Below, one piece after another: positions 59,164-64,000 of a stretch of DNA of 64,000 nucleotides (the first letter of the stretch is position 1; every line of letters starts with the position of its first letter). The stretch is from assembly GCA_958296135.2 (NCBI GenBank), contig CATQHZ020000001.1, positions 256,001 to 320,000 on the forward strand, given 5' to 3'. Source of the DNA: an uncultured Poribacteria bacterium. GTDB taxonomy: Bacteria > Poribacteria > WGA-4E > WGA-3G. A model generated the notes under the pieces. That model made no database searches. It was not told the DNA's origin and worked only from the letters and a program-made list of their open reading frames with translations. The position numbers were made by a program, and so were the translations under genes.

Positions 59164-60516
59164 ATGAACTACAAAAGCGTTATGTTCGTTATTGCTGACG
59201 ACTGGAGCCGCATCGCAAAGTGCTACGGCAACAAGGTGGTCTGCACGCCACACATCGATGCATTTGCGGAACGCGGCATCGTGTTTGATTACGGGTTCTG
59301 CACGAGCCCCTCGTGTGCGGTGAGCCGCGCCTGTATTCTCACCGGGCAGCATAGCCACACGCATGGGCAATACGGACACTGCCACGGCATTCACGGGTTT
59401 CGCACGCACGAAAATATGCAGTCCGTCCCAAAAATGCTGAAGGCGCACGGATTCGCCACAGCGTGCATCGGCAAAAAACACGTCGAACCTGCCAGCGTCT
59501 ACCCCTTTGACTACGAGCCGCGCGTTGATGGCAGAAGCCCAGTAGACATGGCAGCGAAGGTTACGCAATTTCTCAATCAGAATTCGGATAAACCGTTCTA
59601 CCTGCACATCGGCAGCAGCTATCCGCATCGCGCCGGCAAAGGCTTCGGAAATGAGCGGACGCACGCAGGCATTGAACCGAACCCTTACGCTCCCAATGAA
59701 ATCATCGTGCCGAATTTTCTGCCGGATATCCCCGCCGTGCGTGAAGACCTGGCGGACTATTACGAGAGCATCTCGCGCTGGGACACTGTCGTCGGCGCAG
59801 TTCTAGACGCACTCGATGCCTCTGGGCGCGCCGATGAAACCCTCGTCTTTGTCACGACGGACCACGCCATGCCGTTCCCGGGAGCAAAGGCATCAAGTTT
59901 TGATAGCGGGCACCACTGTCCCCTGCTCATCGCTAGTCCGAGGCAACAGCGACGCGGGCTCCGCAACCAAGCACTCGTTAACTGGGTGGATTTCTGCCCG
60001 ACGATGTTAGACTGGTGCGGGGTTGCGCATCCCAACGGCACCGCCGCGCTCCCCGGCCGCTCACTGCTCCCCATCCTTGAAGACGACAGGCCGCACCCCG
60101 GCGATGGAACGTGGGAAGAAACCTATTTCTCGCACTGCTTCCACGAAGTAACGAACTACTATCCGTATCGCGTGCTGCGGGGGCGGCGGTACAAGTATGT
60201 CCGCAATCTGGCGTATCAACTAGAGACACCGCTACCGAGCGATCTGTTTCGTTCCATCTCGTGGACAGCGGTGAGGGATGACAACGTCCAGCAGCTCGGC
60301 AATCGACCGCGGGGGAACTTTTTACAGCAAGACCGGGAGGCACTCTTTGATATGCAGAATGACCCGGCGGAGTCCAAAAATCTCATTGACGTGCCAGAAT
60401 TACAGCAGACGCTCAACGAGATGCGCCGGAAAGTCATCGCCTTCCGGGAAAAAACGAAAGACCCGTGGCTGGAGCAGTCTTTTCAGGAGGGAGAAACAGC
60501 AGCGTTTTTCACCTAA
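59164..60516 (+). CDS. Sulfatase, N-sulfoglucosamine sulfohydrolase (SGSH)-like
   Basis: IADD, SCAVSRACILTG, GKKHV, PHR, DHAMPFPGAK, HEVTNYYP.R. Confidence 0.88.
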   Translation: MNYKSVMFVIADDWSRIAKCYGNKVVCTPHIDAFAERGIVFDYGFCTSPSCAVSRACILTGQHSHTHGQYGHCHGIHGFRTHENMQSVPKMLKAHGFATACIGKKHVEPASVYPFDYEPRVDGRSPVDMAAKVTQFLNQNSDKPFYLHIGSSYPHRAGKGFGNERTHAGIEPNPYAPNEIIVPNFLPDIPAVREDLADYYESISRWDTVVGAVLDALDASGRADETLVFVTTDHAMPFPGAKASSFDSGHHCPLLIASPRQQRRGLRNQALVNWVDFCPTMLDWCGVAHPNGTAALPGRSLLPILEDDRPHPGDGTWEETYFSHCFHEVTNYYPYRVLRGRRYKYVRNLAYQLETPLPSDLFRSISWTAVRDDNVQQLGNRPRGNFLQQDREALFDMQNDPAESKNLIDVPELQQTLNEMRRKVIAFREKTKDPWLEQSFQEGETAAFFT

Positions 60517-60560
60517 GCAGCGAATAGCGCGGGCGTTACGGAGCCCGCGCCTTCTCTGGT

Positions 60561-61577
60561 TTAGCCGTTGCCGTTTTGCATCAGCATTTCAGTGAACGCC
60601 TCCAGGCTTGGTGTTCCTACAGCTTCGCGACGCAACTGCTTGAGGTATTCCAAATCGTCGATTTGCTCAAGTTGCGGCTTGAAGAGTTGCACCAGGGTTG
60701 ACTGGAACCGCACGTCAAGGACATCAAGGATGCTCTCAATAGCACCTTCGCGCGCAGCCTGTTGGAGGCCTCGTTGGAGTCCCCGCTGTACAGCGGCTTT
60801 CTCCGCTTCTTCAATGAATCTCTCTGCTTCCACTTTGGCATCGGCGGCGGCTCTTTCCCAGAGCCGACGGTAAACACCGGATTCCATCATTGATTCCTCC
60901 GATACAAGGTCGAAAACCGCCTCAGGATCGTGCGCGAGGCCGCTTAAAATCCCAAGGGACGTAAGATAATCTGGCCGACTCAGCGGATCCAGCGGCAAAT
61001 CCCGTGTCGCCTCAATACAGTGCTGCACCCACTCTATTCCTTCGAGGTTCGCGGGAGGCTGCATCAACGGCGCAAACGGGATTAACCCAACGTTCGCCGA
61101 ATCTAACACCGATTGCCCATTGAACTCAAACAGACGAATCACCTGATACTCGATGTGGATTTTATACCCCGGGTCCGATTGGATATACACACCCGGGTCA
61201 TTGCGTCCAGCACCTGGCCGCAAGTAAATGACGTGTGAGCGGATCGGGAGGCCGTGTGTATCGTAGCCTCTGCCAATATATCCTACGCTCCGGCGCACCA
61301 TGCGGCGATGCGTGCTATCGCCAGTCTGGATTTCAAAGTGCACCAAAGTGAGTCTGCCCCGGATTTCCGCCTTCATCAAGATGTCCATCTCGCGTGTTTC
61401 CACGAGCGGGAGTTCACTCTCAAGGAGTTCAATAAACTCAAGCGTCGGGTCGTTCATGAAGTATCGCGCGACATCTTGCGGGAAGGCGCGAAACACATTT
61501 TTCGAGGTAATGTCAAATTTTGTGTGGGGTAAAGCCGCCCAGTCAAATTTGGGATGTTCTACATTTTGTTTCATCAT
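60561..61577 (-). CDS. Rpn-family recombination-promoting nuclease/putative transposase (PD-(D/E)XK)
   Basis: FD...K..F, REMDIL...LVHFEIQ, M.RR...Y; C-terminal GLQRGLQQ...IL.VL..RF...L.QI.D.E.L. Confidence 0.8.
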   Translation of the reverse strand: MMKQNVEHPKFDWAALPHTKFDITSKNVFRAFPQDVARYFMNDPTLEFIELLESELPLVETREMDILMKAEIRGRLTLVHFEIQTGDSTHRRMVRRSVGYIGRGYDTHGLPIRSHVIYLRPGAGRNDPGVYIQSDPGYKIHIEYQVIRLFEFNGQSVLDSANVGLIPFAPLMQPPANLEGIEWVQHCIEATRDLPLDPLSRPDYLTSLGILSGLAHDPEAVFDLVSEESMMESGVYRRLWERAAADAKVEAERFIEEAEKAAVQRGLQRGLQQAAREGAIESILDVLDVRFQSTLVQLFKPQLEQIDDLEYLKQLRREAVGTPSLEAFTEMLMQNGNG

Positions 61578-61583
61578 CTCAAT

Positions 61584-61612
61584 AGTATACACAAATTCGC
61601 CCGGCATGTCAA
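61584..61612 (-). promoter_or_regulatory. Sigma70 promoter giving a probably leaderless rpn transcript
   Basis: Minus strand TTGACA-17 nt-TATACT, then 6 nt, then ATG 61577. Confidence 0.75.
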
Positions 61613-61626
61613 CGTTTTTCAAAAAA

Positions 61627-62619
61627 ATGCAACAATACGACTTAGACGCGATGAATACCCGCATTGAAGCAGATAGCGGGCTCATCCAACAGATTCTCGC
61701 CGAGACAGGGAAGGTGATTGTCGGGCAGCGCGATTTGCTAGAGGGACTCATCATCGGGCTGCTTTGCAACGGACACATCCTGCTGGAAGGCGTGCCCGGA
61801 CTCGCAAAGACGACAGCCGTCAGCGCGCTCGCCCAGACTATCGATGCCGCCTTCAATCGCATCCAATTTACACCCGACTTGCTCCCAGCAGACCTGGTTG
61901 GCACACTCATCTATGACCAGGGGCGCGGCGATTTCTACACCAAAAAGGGGCCGATTTTCGCACACGTCATCCTCGCCGATGAGATAAACCGCGCACCAGC
62001 GAAAGTGCAAAGCGCGCTCCTTGAAGCGATGCAGGAACGGCAGGTAACCATCGGCGGCACGACTTACCCACTCGATGATCCGTTCATCGTTTTAGCAACA
62101 CAAAACCCGATCGAACAGGAAGGCACCTACCCACTCCCCGAAGCGCAGGTGGATAGATTTATGCTGAAGGTGAAGGTGGACTACCCTTCGCACGACGAGG
62201 AATTGCGAATCCTGCGACGCATGACAACCGAAGAGATACCTAGCATCCAGAAGGTAATTTCTCCGGAAGATATCATCCGTTTCCGCGAGGTAGTGCGCAA
62301 CATCTATATGGCAGCGCAGCTAGAAACCTACATCGTCGATTTGGTGTGTGCGACGCGCGCGCCGGAAACATACCAACTTGACGAACTGAGCCCGCTGATT
62401 GAATACGGCGCGTCGCCGCGTGCCACTATCTTCCTCGCGCTGGCGGCACGGGCGCGGGCGTTCCTTTCCCAACGCGGCTACGTCACCCCCGAAGATATCC
62501 ACGCTGTCGGCATGGATGTGCTGCGGCATCGCGTCATCATCAGTTATGAGGCTGAAGCGGAAGGGCGCGATGTAGAAAGCATCGTAGCGCAGGTGTTCGC
62601 GAAGATTGAGGTGCCATAA
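61627..62619 (+). CDS. moxR: MoxR-family AAA+ ATPase
   Basis: LLEGVPGLAKT, RIQFTPDLLPAD, LADEINRAPAKVQSALLE, ATQNPIEQEGTYPLPEAQ.DRF. Confidence 0.95.
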   Translation: MQQYDLDAMNTRIEADSGLIQQILAETGKVIVGQRDLLEGLIIGLLCNGHILLEGVPGLAKTTAVSALAQTIDAAFNRIQFTPDLLPADLVGTLIYDQGRGDFYTKKGPIFAHVILADEINRAPAKVQSALLEAMQERQVTIGGTTYPLDDPFIVLATQNPIEQEGTYPLPEAQVDRFMLKVKVDYPSHDEELRILRRMTTEEIPSIQKVISPEDIIRFREVVRNIYMAAQLETYIVDLVCATRAPETYQLDELSPLIEYGASPRATIFLALAARARAFLSQRGYVTPEDIHAVGMDVLRHRVIISYEAEAEGRDVESIVAQVFAKIEVP

Positions 62620-62643
62620 TACGCCTGCACCGGGAGGGCTCTC

Positions 62644-63879
62644 CTATCGGGTTTGTCCAGCGACGGCTGATGCACGCGCCCCAACGCCAAGCACGCCTAA
62701 GAATCCTTCCGAATCACCGTGGTCAAAATCGCCAATTGCCTCCATAGAGGAGGTCTCTTCAGAGTAGAGTGAATGCGGCGCGCCGCCTGCAGCATGGAAC
62801 GCGACGTTCCCTTTGTAAAGCGCAACGGTAATGGTGCCGGTTGCTAACCGCGTTAAGTGCGCAATGGAAGCATGCAACGCCTGCGTCGCCGCGTCAAATC
62901 CGTATCCTTGATAGACTTGTTCCGCGATAGTGGCGGCAACGTCGTTGAAGTGCCGGCGCGCCCGTCTATCTAATATCAGTTGCAACAGATATTCGTAGCA
63001 CTTTCCGAGCAGTTCCATGCCCGGCGATTCATAAACGCCGCGGCTCTTGATACCGACAAATCGGTTCTCCACCGTGTGAATGCCGATGCCGACACCGTTT
63101 CTGCCACCGATACGGTTCGCCGCCAGCAGACTCTGCAGGGGCGTGACAGGACTGCCGTTCACTTCAACCGGTGTGCCGCGCGAAAAAGTCACGGTGAAGT
63201 GTTCTACCGCATCAGGCGCGTCTTTTGGATGGACACCCATGCCCGGCGTGATAAATCCTGCCGAGGTCTGCAGCGATTCCAATCTCCCCGCTTCGTGCGT
63301 TAATCCCAACAAGTTTGCATCGGTAGAGTAAGGTTTCTCGTGTGTAGCAGTGATAGGCAAGCCACGCGCTTCACAGAAGTCTATCATCTCTTTTCTGCCG
63401 CCGAACGTCTCAAGAAACTTCGCATCGCGCCACGGGGCATAGACAGAAAAGTGAGGATTGAGCATATTGGTTGCAAGTTGAAACCGCACCTGGTCATTCC
63501 CACGGCCGGTCGCGCCGTGCGTTAAAACGGTGATGCCGCGCTGCTCCATCTCCGGCAGAAGTGCCTTCACCGTGACATGCCGCGCGATGCCGGTGGTATT
63601 CCAATATCCGCCTTCATACATCGCTTGGCACTGAATAAGGCGGATGCCTTCTTCGGCGAGCACGGCTTTAGCATCCACGATGACAGCCTCTTCCGCGCCG
63701 CACGCCAACATCCGTTCCCGAATCTCAGAAACATCGCGCTCATCGGGCTGCCCGAGGTCTGCCGTCCAACAGACAACGTTGACTCCGTTATCAACTAACC
63801 ATTTGGTGATAGTGCAGCTATCTAAGCCGCCTGACACAGCGGCCCCGATTGTTTTTCCTTTTAAGGTATCAATATTCAC
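62644..63879 (-). CDS. argG: Argininosuccinate synthase
   Basis: AVSGGLDS, HGATGRGNDQVRF, PYSTDANL, VENRFVGIKSRGVYE. Probable GTG start after GGAG. Confidence 0.95.
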   Translation of the reverse strand: MNIDTLKGKTIGAAVSGGLDSCTITKWLVDNGVNVVCWTADLGQPDERDVSEIRERMLACGAEEAVIVDAKAVLAEEGIRLIQCQAMYEGGYWNTTGIARHVTVKALLPEMEQRGITVLTHGATGRGNDQVRFQLATNMLNPHFSVYAPWRDAKFLETFGGRKEMIDFCEARGLPITATHEKPYSTDANLLGLTHEAGRLESLQTSAGFITPGMGVHPKDAPDAVEHFTVTFSRGTPVEVNGSPVTPLQSLLAANRIGGRNGVGIGIHTVENRFVGIKSRGVYESPGMELLGKCYEYLLQLILDRRARRHFNDVAATIAEQVYQGYGFDAATQALHASIAHLTRLATGTITVALYKGNVAFHAAGGAPHSLYSEETSSMEAIGDFDHGDSEGFLGVLGVGARASAVAGQTR

Positions 63880-64000
63880 AGCAATCTCCAACACGTGCTA
63901 TTTTAGATTCAGAACGATTGAGTTTTCCAACTTTCGCGCCCCTTCGTAGGGCAACATCGCCTGAAGTTTGCGTATTAAATCGGACAATGTTCCCGGGATG

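Noticed and set aside
60561-61577. IS element
   Set aside because: No terminal inverted repeats or target duplication seen; Rpn proteins are not demonstrated transposases.

Overview
Bacterial chromosomal window of moderately high GC. The giant secreted lamin-tail-domain (LTD) proteins, their C-terminal motifs and the dense GTAG-type palindromes suggest Candidatus Poribacteria; this is an inference and was not checked by any search. Housekeeping genes: pyrR-pyrC-carA-carB with a PyrR attenuator but no pyrB, nagB, holB, tmk, recJ, rel/spoT, rpmB, tyrA, cmk, moxR and argG. Catabolic genes: two amidohydrolases, a creatininase, an aldolase, a sugar epimerase and a sulfatase. Defence-type loci: a TdeIII-family type II R-M system, a tandem array of three 201-aa PD-(D/E)XK-like paralogs, a TIR protein, a type III R-M system, and an Rpn nuclease with an apparent internal antitoxin start. 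The best candidate for an undescribed system is a three-gene operon at 27679-31512: a split-motif GIY-YIG protein, a 768-aa DGQHR (DndB-like) protein and an SBD-HNH nuclease, with no dndCDE in the window, bracketed by two near-identical promoters. Other notable structure includes modular nested REP elements that have also entered coding sequences in frame, a 650-nt leader (uORF with a C9 tract plus a terminator/antiterminator pair) ahead of a giant surface protein, an 18-bp in-frame VNTR in pyrC, and degenerate SodC and NtrC homologs. No rRNA, tRNA or CRISPR array was recognised.
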